From positions 39,697,958-39,761,759 of the forward strand of contig NC_068999.1 of assembly GCF_001194135.2 (NCBI RefSeq): 63,802 bases of DNA, read 5' to 3'. Source of the stretch: Octopus bimaculoides. Its lineage: Eukaryota. The notes beneath the pieces are model-generated. The model saw only the letters and a list, made by a program, of their open reading frames with translations. It was not told where the DNA came from and made no database searches. The position numbers and the translations under genes are program-made. Positions 24,117 to 38,379 of this stretch are shown in pieces. Positions within the stretch are counted from its first letter, which is position 1, and each line of letters begins with the position of its first letter.

Positions 24117-27041
24117 CAAGTCGTTACACTATATATCAATGATTTCATTTTACGTACACATTAAATAGTAACTGAAGGGGCAAACGTTCAGTATCCCACA
24201 GATCTTTCTAACTGAACGCATAGTGGTAGAGAATAATTCGTTAGTCATAATATTTAAATTACCCGCCTGTAGCAACTATCCATGCCTTTCACACATAAAA
24301 CTTCATGGAAGACAATATAACCTGTTTGGAATCTAATGGCTTGAAATTGATTAAATTATTTCAACGATGCCAATGGTTATTTGAAACGTTCCATTGTAAA
24401 GCTGTCGCCGTACAATATTAAATAATAAAAGTGTTTGACACATGATATAAATTAAAACACTATAGAATATTGCTCCAAATCTCTTCAACACATAACTTTA
24501 CGACATATGTCACACTCCGCAATGTTTAACGAATTTAGAACTATCGACACAAAGGTTAATTATCGGTAGTTCTAAAACAGGGTCGTGTAATAGATACAAT
24601 TCATGTCAAAACCTGAATAATATCAATGGTCTCATTTACTTTTGCTACGTATGTCCTCTCACTTATGTGTTCAGGTAAATTGATCTATGATATCGATTAC
24701 ACATTGACCCTACAATGACCGTATAAAACCGTGCACTAGCTAAGGAATATACGAAATTAAACATCCAGTTGTCAATGAATTATTATAATAAACTAATATA
24801 GCAAGAAACAGTAAACTATGTACCGCAGCAAATATATCACATCCCGCAGGTATTAAAACGCACAAACCATACATAAAGAGTATTAATTTGACTGAGAAGT
24901 AGATTAACTATGTAAAAGAATACCGCATTACCAAAAGCTTTTGTAAAGAATAACAGAATCCGTTGCCCCAAGCCACATATCAACACTGTTGGCATACTAC
25001 GAGAGTGGTAAGTTTGGAAATATTTAATCACAGACGTGTATAGATGAAGATAAGATACCAATTCCCAATAGAATTTTAAATTTAACTTCAAACTTTAAGT
25101 CGCAAACAGCGTAACACTACCTGCTATTTTAATTACGCAACTGGTTCACTCCTTTATCTGTTGAAGACACTTTCACAACATCGATAAATAACAATGCACT
25201 ACATAATATGAAACAAAACAAAGAGTATATTAGAAGACAATGCAGCAAATCACATCCATATCTACTGACATACAAGAGACATTTGATGATACAAGTAATG
25301 CACATAACGAAGCACAGCATCAGATTAAACACATGAAAGTATTGCACATCTGTTACCATAAAAGGGAATTTAGATATACCTTTTGTATTTCTCTCCTTCT
25401 GATCGCACCTGGTTAGATCAGAGACAGTTACAGAGATGGCTCTCTTTTGCATTCGTCCAATATAAACGCCAGGCTAACAACAAAGCACACCACCTGGAGC
25501 ATAAAGGAAACCTCTCGAATTCCTAGAAGTTGATCCAATGATGAATGCAAAGTATCGCTGATGAAGCTGGTAGCAATAAGTGGGGAACGTGCTCTGCGGA
25601 CAAACGGCCAGGGACTTACATTTGTACAGATTGCGAGCAATCCTCCTTAAGAAATGCAAAAGGGCTGTAGAAGACCGCTATACTCTTCAAGAGGTTGTTT
25701 GCAACTGAGAAATTTCTCAGAAAGCGTAAGGAAGACTTAATGCTGTGTGAGGCAGCGTCTTCCTGTGCGGAAACCATGCTGAGTGTTAGGGAGAAAGTCA
25801 TTATCTACGAGGAAAATGATCAATTTTCTCCTGACAATTCGTTCCATGACTATGAATATGTCTGTTTGTGTGTGTATATGTCTCTTTCTTTCTATTCGTT
25901 TAATTTATGAATAGTTTATNNNNNNNNNNNNNNNNNNNNNNNNNNNNNNNNNNNNNNNNNNNNNNNNNNNNNNNNNNNNNNNNNNNNNNNNNNNNNNNNN
26001 NNNNNNNNNNNNNNNNNNNNNNNNNNNNNNNNNNNNNNNNNNNNNNNNNNNNNNNNNNNATATATATATATATATATATATATAGATATATATGTATATG
26101 TATATTGTTGAGTAGTATAGCTTTCATGAAGCATTGTGCATGTGCGTTTGTGCTCACGCGCATGTATGTTCCACAAACATATTTAAATTAGACGCGTAAT
26201 TTCTATATCAGGAAACACTGAGTTGGGGCCACCATATTCACGCATATATTCTATTTCTTTATCATATCATAGTAAAGAATAGAATTCTACGCATACCAGT
26301 GATTTAATATTAGCCAAGCAGTATTCCAAAGAGGGTTAAATAGGATAATTTGTCATTCGTTAAAGCATTATAGCAATGTGTATGTGTGTGTCGGTGTGTG
26401 AATATATATACATATATAAGCAATACATTTCAATAATATCTGGTAGTGTCAAAGGCACACTTTAATACAAATGAACACCTACCGCTTTTCTTTTATTTTC
26501 GTTTCTTATTTGTTTGTCTTGAGTTCATTTCATTTCACTTTTATTTTTCACAGTTTTGTTGACATTTAATCATATGAAATGTCACATCTCCTCTTGGGCA
26601 TTGTTTGAATTTTCACGTAGAAAATAGAAAAACATCTCTATCAAATTGTTGGTCTTTTCTTGAACGCAAAGCATATACACATAAGCACACATATACACGT
26701 ACACACAAACACTAATATGTTTAATTGCACGCACACGCATAAGCAATGTGTGTATGTTGTTTGTTTTCCCGACAATTCATTGTGTGCAGGTGTGACTAGC
26801 ATTTGTATATGTCTCATACACACGCCCACACACACACACAGACACACACACACACGCACACATCCACCACCATGCTCACCACACACATACGCACACGTGT
26901 GTATATTGTATCTAAGCGCGTCAGTGTGTGGGTATATAAACATATCGTACAGTGTAAATATATTTCTCTGCATTTGACCACGTGAATTTGTATGCGTGTA
27001 TTTGTGTTTGTCCGCGTGTGTGTGAGCATGTGTGTGTGTGT

Positions 27042-27086
<45 letters not shown>

Positions 27087-27179
27087 GATGTGCCCTTTCA
27101 TACAACGTGTAATTTTCTTCATAACACACATTTCTCGCATCAATTCAAGCGATAGAATTCTTTCACGTCTTTCATTCAC

Positions 27180-27377
27180 TTGGCCTTCACATCGGCCTAA
27201 TCCCGTATAACAGTATAACAGCATAGAGTGTACGTGACCGTATAGGCGAAACAAAGAGTCGATGCCCTCAGCATGTTGAAGAAAATTGGTGATTCTACCA
27301 CCGCCTCCACTACCGCCCCCCAAATTCTCATTTAGTCTTTTCATTTTATCTATGCGGTCTCTAATATCACAGCTGAC
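27180..27377 (-). CDS. Unassigned candidate exon (phase 0-0, 66 codons), possibly spurious
   Basis: Lies within the longest repeat-free open frame of the window (27084-27470). Acceptor-like TTACTTCTCCATAAAG|GTC and donor-like CAA|GTGAAT. No recognisable domain. Confidence 0.15.
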
Positions 27378-27645
27378 CTTTATGGAGAAGTAACAGTTCC
27401 ATTGACATGTTTTGAAGTGCATTTGATCCGTTATTGACTGCTCCATTAAAACGTTCCTGCCGCTAAATATATGTGTGTGTGTGAGGGTGTGTGTGTTTGT
27501 GTGTATGTGTGCGTATACGTTCTGCACCTACTTAAATAATATCACATATATGAATGAGATATAGATAAATAAATTGATAATAATATATATATGCATATAT
27601 ATATATGTATATATTCATAATGCATATATATGTATATATTCATAA

Positions 27646-27679
<34 letters not shown>

Positions 27680-30120
27680 NNNNNNNNNNNNNNNNNNNNN
27701 NNNNNNNNNNNNNNNNNNNNNNNNNNNNNNNNNNNNNNNNNNNNNNNNNNNNNNNNNNNNNNNNNNNNNNNNNNNNNNNNNNNNNNNNNNNNNNNNNNNN
27801 NNNNNNNNNNNNNNNNNNNNNNNNNNNNNNNNNNNNNNNNNNNNNNNNNNNNNNNNNNNNNNNNNNNNNNNNNNNNNNNNNNNNNNNNNNNNNNNNNNNN
27901 NNNNNNNNNNNNNNNNNNNNNNNNNNNNNNNNNNNNNNNNNNNNNNNNNNNNNNNNNNNNNNNNNNNNNNNNNNNNNNNNNNNNNNNNNNNNNNNNNNNN
28001 NNNNNNNNNNNNNNNNNNNNNNNNNNNNNNNNNNNNNNNNNNNNNNNNNNNNNNNNNNNNNNNNNNNNNNNNNNNNNNNNNNNNNNNNNNNNNNNNNNNN
28101 NNNNNNNNNNNNNNNNNNNNNNNNNNNNNNNNNNNNNNNNNNNNNNNNNNNNNNNNNNNNNNNNNNNNNNNNNNNNNNNNNNNNNNNNNNNNNNNNNNNN
28201 NNNNNNNNNNNNNNNNNNNNNNNNNNNNNNNNNNNNNNNNNNNNATATAGAGGTTAGGAGAGGTAATGTTATCAGGAAGACTCACAGGTGTCAGGTAATG
28301 CTGAGTAAGTGATTTGGACAGATTATAGTTAATCTCCAGGTTAATTATGAGGAAATAGATCTATATCCAAACGATATCCTTTCGGGACAATCTCGTTTTA
28401 CTTTCATATATTGTTTTATTAAATTATTTTATTCTGAATACCTAGTGAGTAGAACAATATTCAAATGTTGCTGGTATAGCCTTGTTGACTTACTTTTATT
28501 GCATGTTTACTCAGCTGAAGAGAGGGAGGAAGAATCTATATAATGAATAGATAATTTTGGCTCATATACGGACTGGTTTATGAGTGGAACTCAACAGAAC
28601 GCTATTAACAAAATAGAGCATTAAAATGTAGGTAAAAAGCTATTTATTAAACCATATTGACACTTTGCAATTATCGTTTAATCTGATGAAAGTACGCAGT
28701 CGATGTTGATCGATTAACTTGTTTCAGAATATATTCCTGACAATGTACTGCATTAGCTAGATTTGTTTCTCGTTACCTAATTTAGGTGAGTCAATCTACC
28801 GAAGCCCATATTAATTAAGCAATGTCACACAGTTTTAGACTGTAGTGATGTATTCATATATTTTACTCATAAACAGAAATGTTCAGTTATATTCCCTTTA
28901 CGATTACACAAATTACGTAAACTTCCATTGTTTTGTGCATGAATTCCGATTTTCAAAATATTGGTATTGACTATTAATTTTAGTCAATAGAATATTTGAT
29001 ATTTCATGAAATCACATAATATACAACAAAACAAAGGATTAGTCAGAGAGTGAAAAGACTATCGCATTGTTAGTCTTTCATTTATGTGTTCACATCTGTT
29101 TAATTTATCTTCTTTATGATCTGTTTCATTTATTTTTCATCGTTGTGTAAATCACTATTTTGTGCATCGCATTATGTTAAGTGATGGGAACACGATTTAT
29201 CCGTGATAGAACATTGTCTTTCAAAGACATAATTGTAAAGAACTGATATTAAACGCCAGCTGTGTTGATCTTCAAGTCTCGAAAAACAATATAAAAAAGT
29301 AAAGAAAAGAAAAATATATTTTAATTAATTTATTCTTAACAACTTTTTTGCAGATCATTCTGTTTTATTTCCTGAACGATATTCCAAGCATGAAAACGTA
29401 CATATAGAGTCAATAGTTGACTCAGTTTTATACACCACAATATTCTGGATTAAATTAGCCAATCATTATTCAACATCATTTTGATAAAAACTGTATTATC
29501 GCCAAACTTTGTTCCAAATCTGTAGTTTGTACCGTTATAACAAAAGTAGCTGAAACATTATATCATAATGTCGAGTTTAACATAAAACAAGTGTTTCTCC
29601 TGAGAAGTAAATTATTAGTAGAATTAAATTTACACTGACATATGCCTTTCAGTCGATAGAATTTCCCAATTCTCACATGATATTCATAAATGCCGTATTA
29701 TTCTAGATCTAAACTAGTCTGCATCTTCAATGTCGGTTGCCTTGCTAGATACTGCAACAACAGTCAAGGATTGCTGTTTGTAAAATGATCTTCGCTGAGG
29801 TTTGGGATTAAGTAGTATTACATGGATTAAGTGGTATTACATGTAGTTATAATAATCCTCCTTCCACTACGTGGTCTTTGACTTTTTTCAATAGGGCTAA
29901 ACATTTCTTTCCTCAGATGTGATCAAACGATTTGTCAAATACATACATACATACAAGCAAACACACACACACACACAATCACACACATACACACACATAC
30001 ACACACACATATATACAGAGAGAGAGAGAGAGAGAGAGATAGTGAGAGAAAGACAGATAGTAATACAGATGTATGCGATTAGGTTTGTAGTGTATATATA
30101 TATATATACATATATGCTGT

Positions 30121-30355
30121 TATTCTTTTATTCTTTTACTTGTTTCATTTATTTGATTGCGACCATTGTGGAGCACTACCTTAAAGGGTTTTTAGCCAAA
30201 TAAATTGATGCCAGGAGTCATTCTTTGTAAGCCTAGTATTCTCTCGATCCCTCATGACGAACTGCTAAGTTTCGATGACGTAAACACACCAACATTTGTT
30301 GTCAGGCGATGGTGGGGGACAAACACAAACGTAAAAATACATACATACATATATG

Positions 30356-30393
<38 letters not shown>

Positions 30394-30524
30394 AAGGGCT
30401 TATTTCTGTTTCCTTCTACGGAATCTACTCAAAGTGCTATACTTACATATATATATATATACAAAGGGCTTATTTCTGTTTCCTTCTACGGAATCTACTC
30501 AAAGTGCTATACTTACATATATAT
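30121..30524 (-). mobile_element. SINE family B with an internal 70-bp tandem duplication
   Basis: TTTTACTTGTTTCA..GACCAT.TGGAGCAC...TTTGTAAGCCTAGTA...GAACTGCTAAGTT...ACGTAAACACACC. Segment 30391-30460 is repeated at 30461-30524. Confidence 0.8.
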
Positions 30525-31084
30525 ATGTAAGTATATTTATATACACAAACAGAGAAATTGAGAGGAAAAGAAAAAAAGGGAAATAAATTTAGACTCAGCA
30601 GAAAAAGTACAGAATACGGATGAAAGGATGCATATATTTTTCCACTTGAGTTCTGATTCTGGAAGCTCGGAATTACATAATAATTGTTATGTTCAAAATG
30701 AGAAGATGGAATGTACAAAACGTCAGGGATATGCAAGCAATAAATGGTACCATGTAGATATTACCATAAGAGCCGCTACCTTCATCAGGAAAAAAATTGG
30801 CAATATCAGTTTACATAAATGCTGTGAGTGATTTAAGGGCTTAATGGGTGAAGCAGGAGAAAGGTAAGAAAGACAAGGAGAGGGAGAATGTAAGCTGCTT
30901 AGGGAGGGTTGCAGAGAGGTCTTACGAGTTCAGGAGCAAGAAGAAATATAAGAGAGGAAGTGTAATCGGGGAAGGGAATCGAAGTAGAAGTGGTGAGTCG
31001 GTAAGAGGAAGCAGAAATAAGAAAATGTCTGTATGGTAAAAAGGAAGCACAACTGGAGGTCTGTTATGTTATGAGGCAACAAAG

Positions 31085-31089
31085 AGAGA

Positions 31090-31166
<77 letters not shown>

Positions 31167-31235
31167 AGAGAGAAAGAGAAAGAGAGAGAAACAGAGAGAA
31201 AGAGAGAGAGAGAGATAGGGTCAGACAAACAGAGA
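31085..31235. repeat. (GA)n microsatellite
   Basis: Directly visible. Confidence 0.97.
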
Positions 31236-31334
31236 GAGACAGATAGCAAGTGGAGAAGAAACTAATTGGGAATGAAAACGCGATGAAGTGGTCATTATAT
31301 TAGATTTCTACTTATTGTCATATACGGAAGGGCC

Positions 31335-31515
31335 ATAAGTTTACGTCCGCGGTGTTTCAACCCAGTGTACAGACAATCTGTTGTTCTACTCGATTTTATT
31401 AACAGAAATGCAGATCTCCTCACGGCTGTTTCATTTCTACTTGGATTATTTATCTTACCTTTCTCAATCACCAAACCTTTTAAGTGTTCACTCGACCTGC
31501 TGAAAATAGTAGTTA
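31335..31515. mobile_element. Probable interspersed repeat fragment, family unassigned
   Basis: GATCTCCTCACGGCTGTTTCATTTCTACTT...CACCAAACCTTTTAAGTGTTCACTCGACCTGCT. I recognise this from memory as a common octopus repeat; there is no second copy in this window to confirm it. Confidence 0.4.
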
Positions 31516-32424
31516 ATATTTATGACGTTTCATTGAGCCTGTAAGACAGAAAAATATGATAGTTGAGGATATTCTGGATAAAGTAAAAGTACTTAAAAAG
31601 GACTGTTGTGTCTCCGATCCACTTCTGATCATGTATTTATTTAGTCTGAAATGACATGAAACTACGGAGCAACAAAGGCGAGAAGGACCATATCTTATTC
31701 GAGCCAGCAAGGGCATGCACCCATCGAGTGAGGATCCAAAAAGGATCAGGTGTTAGCGAGTGTGAGAGACAAACGGCAGTGATTTGATGTGTTCGCTCAC
31801 CATTCTAGAAACAACAGACTTATCGCTTTTGAGTTATAACCAGTCATTTCAAGAGAATAAATATATATTGTATTATCTAATCATTCATACCAAAAAGTAA
31901 AGCTGGGATGATCGAAAGAATGGGTATTCACTCCGACTAAAGAGCATCAACAGTAAAAAATTATTATTTCAAATCGGTTCCAAGAACAGGTGGGCTTGTT
32001 TTAGCTAGAAGTGTCAATCTTCAACTTAATAACACACCAGTTAGTTGTAAAACCGCTAAAGTCTCAATTTAAACAACAAAAGTACCCAGTTTTGTGCAAC
32101 AAATAATCAAACGTTCTGAAAATAATGTAAAGTGAGAATTTCTTTCGCATATGGTTTGCTCGTCTTTTTATAATTTCATTAAAAAAGAAATAATTTTCCA
32201 TGATGTAAGCTCTTATAATATTCAAGTAAATGCAAAATTGTTTTCGTTCTATTTCAAATCTATTATTGAACAAAGTATTGTTGTGTGTGACGTAGGCATA
32301 TTTCACTCATATCAAGTCAACTAAGCCTTGGAAGCAGCAAGAGATTTTTCTAATCTCTGCTTGTCAGTCATATCTTTTAAGAATATTTTACGAAAGTGAA
32401 AACCAGAAATAGAAACTGTCATAA

Positions 32425-32480
32425 ACATAATGATAATAATAATAAGAACAACAAAAACAACAATAAAAATGATAACACTA

Positions 32481-32578
<98 letters not shown>

Positions 32579-32610
32579 AATAATAAAAATTATGATGATG
32601 ATAATAAATA
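32425..32610. repeat. (AAT)n/(GAT)n compound microsatellite
   Basis: Directly visible. Confidence 0.95.
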
Positions 32611-35600
32611 ACAACAGTAACTTTAAAAAATAAACTACATCTTTTAAAAAAGCGAATCCATAGACATTGAGAAACAGAAATGGCAAAAAAATAAAATTAC
32701 ATTTGAATATGAAAAGGCTTATTTAAAGGAAATACTTTTTATGTGCCAGAGATGAAGAATCTTTTCTTTCTTTTTATTTCTTTAATCCAATTTTAAATTA
32801 CCAATTCCAACGTCCTATTTGCATTTACATCTTTCGAACTGTATTTTCTCTCTTATCTTTTATCCGATTGTCTTTGTTATTTTTCCCATTTGTTACTTTT
32901 TGTTTTTGGTATTCAGAAATTAAAACGAATTCTATGTTAAAAAGTTCATATGTTCAAAGAGGTAAATATGAAATCGTTTAATAGCTTTTTTGTTTGTTTG
33001 TTTGGTATTATTATTATTATTATTATTATTTTTTGTTTCTCTTTGCGCACTAAAAATTAAAGTTGCAAGATTGAGTCCATTCGCTCTATACTCATGAACT
33101 CGTACAGTAGTTTATAATTGAACGGAAGATATAGTCTTCTTAATGTCTGAAATATGGAACAGCACAAGAGAAAACTAATAAACAGTGTGTACTGTACATA
33201 TATATAAGCAATCTCAATGAAGGTAGTATATTTTTAACTCTGGAAGTTATGTTAAATGATTATGAAATTTCTGTAAGCAATGTATTGTGTGTCTGTATAC
33301 TTTCTATTAATTGAGTCAGTATACTTTCTATCAAATGAATTTTGCAAATACGAGATATAGCTGTCAAATCAACATACCTATGTGTATGTAATTAAGTCTC
33401 TTTGGATTTAGATTTGTTGGATTAAAAATTAATACTTGCTTACCAAAAGAAGTAATTGTTGTCACCATATGATAAGAAAATGCTATCGAGGGCAGAAAAC
33501 ATAGTAAACAACGAATGAAAAGACATGGTGGAGTTTGGTATATTACACGTGAATGAGATCAGTTTAAAAGTACGAATCTGAAGAATTGGTCTTTATTTAT
33601 TAAACAAATAGTTTTCAGCATTTCGAAGATAAAATGTCCAGTCTTCTGTGAATTCTAATTTTATCTACGCACCAAAAGGCAAACATCTTAAGGCAATGAA
33701 AATGAGTAAATGAACTTAATTTATCGAGGGGGAAAAACTGTGGCTTCACATTTTTGATTTCTTGTGCAACTAAAATTATACAAACCGCTTGCTGTATAAT
33801 CTCCGAATGCAATCAATTCCATTCGATATTCTCAAATAAAACACCAGCAACACATATTACTTCATCGGAATGAACGTGAGCATGAGAAGAGAATAATGGA
33901 ACATTTACGAAACATTTACGAATCTGTAAATATGAGATTCCAGTGCGCACGCAAACAAAACAAAATGCTATGACAACGTAAATGAAAATTCAATCGCAAA
34001 CATTTGCATCTGTGACTCAACAGGGCTCCATTTTAATTATTTCAACTTTTTTGTTACCTTTGAAATTTCATCGAGGCATTTGCTTGTGCCATTTAATCCA
34101 ATGAATTGGAATATTGTCCGATATGTCATACATGTAAAATAGACGTGGTTCATGTGTTCTTGCATCTTCTGTACTTGGATTCCCTTCAAAAGACAGGATG
34201 TTTCCTGAATAGAATGGAAGACAGAACAGTTCGTAGAAAGTTCTGTGATTAAACAGCATGCTTATTTTGTACTTCGGCGTCCCGTAAAACAATGTGCGTG
34301 CCTGGCGTAAAATTATAGGACGTCTGTGAAAACTGGGTCAATATATTGTTTGGTGAAATTCTCTGAAGTGAGGAAGAATCAGGACGAGAAATTTGTTTTT
34401 ATAATTTATGTTGGTTTCAACGTAACAATCTTATGGGTATGTGGTAGCAACCCTAGATAAAAGCCTTAGATTATTTTAACAACAAGAAACTTTGAGTTTA
34501 TGAGTTTTAGGTACTTAAGGATTAATTTGATTAGAAAAGATGACATGATACAGTGAATTTTAATACAAAAAAAAATGAAGATACAAAAATCTATTGCATT
34601 CTATAAAGAGAAATTTGGGAAACGCATGGACTTTCAAAGCAAATATAATTATAATAGGTAACCCGCTGGCCTACAAGAGGTACGAAACCATACTACACTA
34701 ATGTAAGATGTCATTGGATGCGCCAAGTATGTTCAAAATATTATGTACATCTGAGTCGGTAAATGGGCAATCTTACAGTGAAAGATTTTTGTAAACAAGG
34801 GAATTAAATTAAAGTCATGTTTTATCCATACGTTTATTTCTGTGTTTCCAAATATGATGAAATGCCATCAAGCTTATTTCTATCATTGATAACAGCACCA
34901 TTTGTTCAACAAAACAGTATTATTACTGTACTAGTTTAAATGTTGTGTACATATATAAATTAATACACAAGCATTTGTATAGGCGAAACATATATTCTTA
35001 CTAATTTATTACAACACGTATTGACTTTGTGCGCAAATGCACCACAATATTCGTATTTTATCTGATGGGCAGCCTCTTCAGAAGTACATATGCAAGAATT
35101 GATCTATCTATGCGCAATATTGCAACTGTTGAAGTTGCATTTCTTCGCAATCACTAGTGATCTCTCCAAACACTGAGCGGATATTTGATTTCTATCACTC
35201 TTGATACATGTTTTGGGGATGCGGCAATCTAAAGGTTGATCTATGTGTACCCCATCTGTTAGTACTGAAGCTTGCAGTACTAATGCCAAACGGTACAGCA
35301 TGTCGTTTCCAGAGTGAATTGCATCATGATGCTGTTATTCTCAAAGACGATGCACAACTGACCCTACAATACTGTGTAGTCGACAAAATCAAAAACAAAC
35401 TTTGCGCAAATTGAAATATATAAAATGACGTCAGTTTACTCATCGCAGCCTGTGTGTGTGTGTGTGTGTGTGTATACACATTCAATGACATTTTCCTTTC
35501 TGGTCAAGTTTGTGAAAACCGAGCATATATGATTGAGAGGTCTAGCGTAGTAATCAGGAGTAGAGCATTTAATTCTAACGTCTTCGATTTCAGTAGATGA

Positions 35601-36705
35601 AACATTAGCTTTCAGCATTTCAACTAGATTGAATCAATCGACGTACAAATTAATACAGCGACAGAATTGTCTCAGATTTTATTAACTATAGTGGAAACTG
35701 GTGTTAAATATGTCATATTAAATCATGTGCTCCGTAAGATGTTTAGACTTCATTTGTAGTAGACTTTTCATTCAAAATCAATTCCTCTAAAGCTGTATAA
35801 CAAAACCTTTTTTCTCTTTCTCTGCAAAGAAAAAAAATCAGCTATAACACGCGCGCCCTGAAAAGTAAGGAAAGCAAAAACGAAAATAAGTCTTCTTTTC
35901 CAATATCCTATTCGACTTTCATGTATCAAGTGTACGAATTTATTTATATATTTATCTCTTTATATATTTGTTATATTTTATTTCATTTATTTCATTGACC
36001 ATTGACCTTTCAGGTATTGCTAATTCGATTTGTATTCAATGAACCTAATTAAAATGATCTATGTTGCTACCTCATCATATACGCAAAAAGATATATTTGT
36101 ATATACATGNNNNNNNNNNNNNNNNNNNNNNNNNNNNNNNNNNNNNNNNNNNNNNNNNNNNNNNNNNNNNNNNNNNNNNNNNNNNNNNNNNNNNNNNNNN
36201 NNNNNNNNNNNNNNNNNNNNNNNNNNNNNNNNNNNNNNNNNNNNNNNNNNNNNNNNNNNNNNNNNNNNNNNNNNNNNNNNNNNNNNNNNNNNNNNNNNNN
36301 NNNNNNNNNNNNNNNNNNNNNNNNNNNNNNNNNNNNNNNNNNNNNNNNNNNNNNNNNNNNNNNNNNNNNNNNNNNNNNNNNNNNNNNNNNNNNNNNNNNN
36401 NNNNNNNNNNNNNNNNNNNNNNNNNNNNNNNNNNNNNNNNNNNNNNNNNNNNNNNNNNNNNNNNNNNNNNNNNNNNNNNNNNNNNNNNNNNNNNNNNNNN
36501 NNNNNNNNNNNNNNNNNNNNNNNNNNNNNNNNNNNNNNNNNNNNNNNNNNNNNNNNNNNNNNNNNNNNNNNNNNNNNNNNNNNNNNNNNNNNNNNNNNNN
36601 NNNNNNNNNNNNNNNNNNNNNNNNNNNNNNNNNNNNNNNNNNNNATATATATATATATATATGCAGATATGAACGGAAAATGTTCTATATATATATACAC
36701 TTAAG

Positions 36706-36750
<45 letters not shown>

Positions 36751-38067
36751 GCAGAAGTATGTAAGTAACTGAAAATCTATGTATGTATGAGCCAACAGAA
36801 AAACAATGAAGCAAAACATTACCAAAAAGGACAGTGAAATAGTATTACAAAATAACTAACAAAAAATCTCAAATATAATACAACACAAAATGTAATGAAA
36901 TTAGCTACCTGTGAAAACTTGTGTTTCTACAATAAGATTATGTAGATATAAGACACATTAACACTTGTCTTCTCTATCTGTTTAACCCCTGTATAATGTT
37001 ACCGGAGCGTAAATAAAGGCGGCAAGGAAGAGGAAACTGTAGAGAACAGATAACAAAGAAGAGAAAAAAACCCGAAGATCAATATAAACGATACAACTAA
37101 CCTTAGTCTTTGTATTTTATATTTGTTTTGGTTGCTTTGTTTTATAAGTTCACAGGCAGAGATTTGATAAATAATGTATTAAATGAGTACGTTATATATA
37201 TGCACATACACACACAAAGACACACACACACACACACACACACACGTATATATATAAATATATNNNNNNNNNNNNNNNNNNNNNNNNNNNNNNNNNNNNN
37301 NNNNNNNNNNNNNNNNNNNNNNNNNNNNNNNNNNNNNNNNNNNNNNNNNNNNNNNNNNNNNNNNNNNNNNNNNNNNNNNNNNNNNNNNNNNNNNNNNNNN
37401 NNNNNNNNNNNNNNNNNNNNNNNNNNNNNNNNNNNNNNNNNNNNNNNNNNNNNNNNNNNNNNNNNNNNNNNNNNNNNNNNNNNNNNNNNNNNNNNNNNNN
37501 NNNNNNNNNNNNNNNNNNNNNNNNNNNNNNNNNNNNNNNNNNNNNNNNNNNNNNNNNNNNNNNNNNNNNNNNNNNNNNNNNNNNNNNNNNNNNNNNNNNN
37601 NNNNNNNNNNNNNNNNNNNNNNNNNNNNNNNNNNNNNNNNNNNNNNNNNNNNNNNNNNNNNNNNNNNNNNNNNNNNNNNNNNNNNNNNNNNNNNNNNNNN
37701 NNNNNNNNNNNNNNNNNNNNNNNNNNNNNNNNNNNNNNNNNNNNNNNNNNNNNNNNNNNNNNNNNNNNNNNNNNNNNNNNNNNNNNNNNNNNNNNNNNNN
37801 NNNNNNNNNNNNNNNNNNNNNNNNNNNNNNNNNNNNNNNNNNNNNNNNNATATATATATATATATATATATACATGCCTACATATATATGTAGTAATGAA
37901 CTGAATAAATTAAATTTTTCGGCCCCGAATAGTGCATCAAAATGTTACTCTGACGTACGTAATATTCTCTACTACAGTATAAATCGATATATTTTTGCCA
38001 ATATTCTGTGTGATAGAGAGATGCAAAATAGAGCGTCATTTACTTTCTACAATAACAGTCTGTGTGA

Positions 38068-38175
38068 CACATCAAGTCCAAGTTGGCTGCCAAGATCAAT
38101 GAAGGGTTCGAAGTTCTTCCTATGGACACAATCAGGAACGCTTGAATCAGATTCCGGAAGCAGCTGAAGGCGGGA
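38068..38175 (+). pseudogene. Tc1/mariner-superfamily transposase C-terminal remnant
   Basis: Reads HIKSKLAAKINEGFEVLPMDTIRNA*IRFRKQLKAG, resembling the Tc1-type terminus LxAxIxExFxxLPxDTxRxACxRFRxRLEAV. The TGA sits at the expected Cys position. Confidence 0.6.
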
Positions 38176-38230
38176 ACTTTCCTTTTATACAAACTGTCTA
38201 TTTGGCCCGAAGACTGTGTATATGTGTTTA

Positions 38231-38379
38231 TATTCTTTTCTACTCAAAGCACAAGGCCCGAGATTTTTATGGTGGGGGCCAGTTGATTAGGTTGACTCCA
38301 GTATGCAACTAGTACTTAATTTATCGATCCGGAACATATGAAAAATAAAGTCGACATCGGCGAAATTTGAACTCAGAAC
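38231..38379 (-). mobile_element. SINE family A, 5'-truncated
   Basis: CCAGTATGCAACTAGTACTTAATTTATCGA...AAAGTCGACATCGGCGAAATTTGAACTCAGAAC. Confidence 0.85.

Noticed and set aside
35104-35414. Overlapping 65-68 aa ORFs on both strands
   Set aside because: No motif, and lengths are within random expectation.
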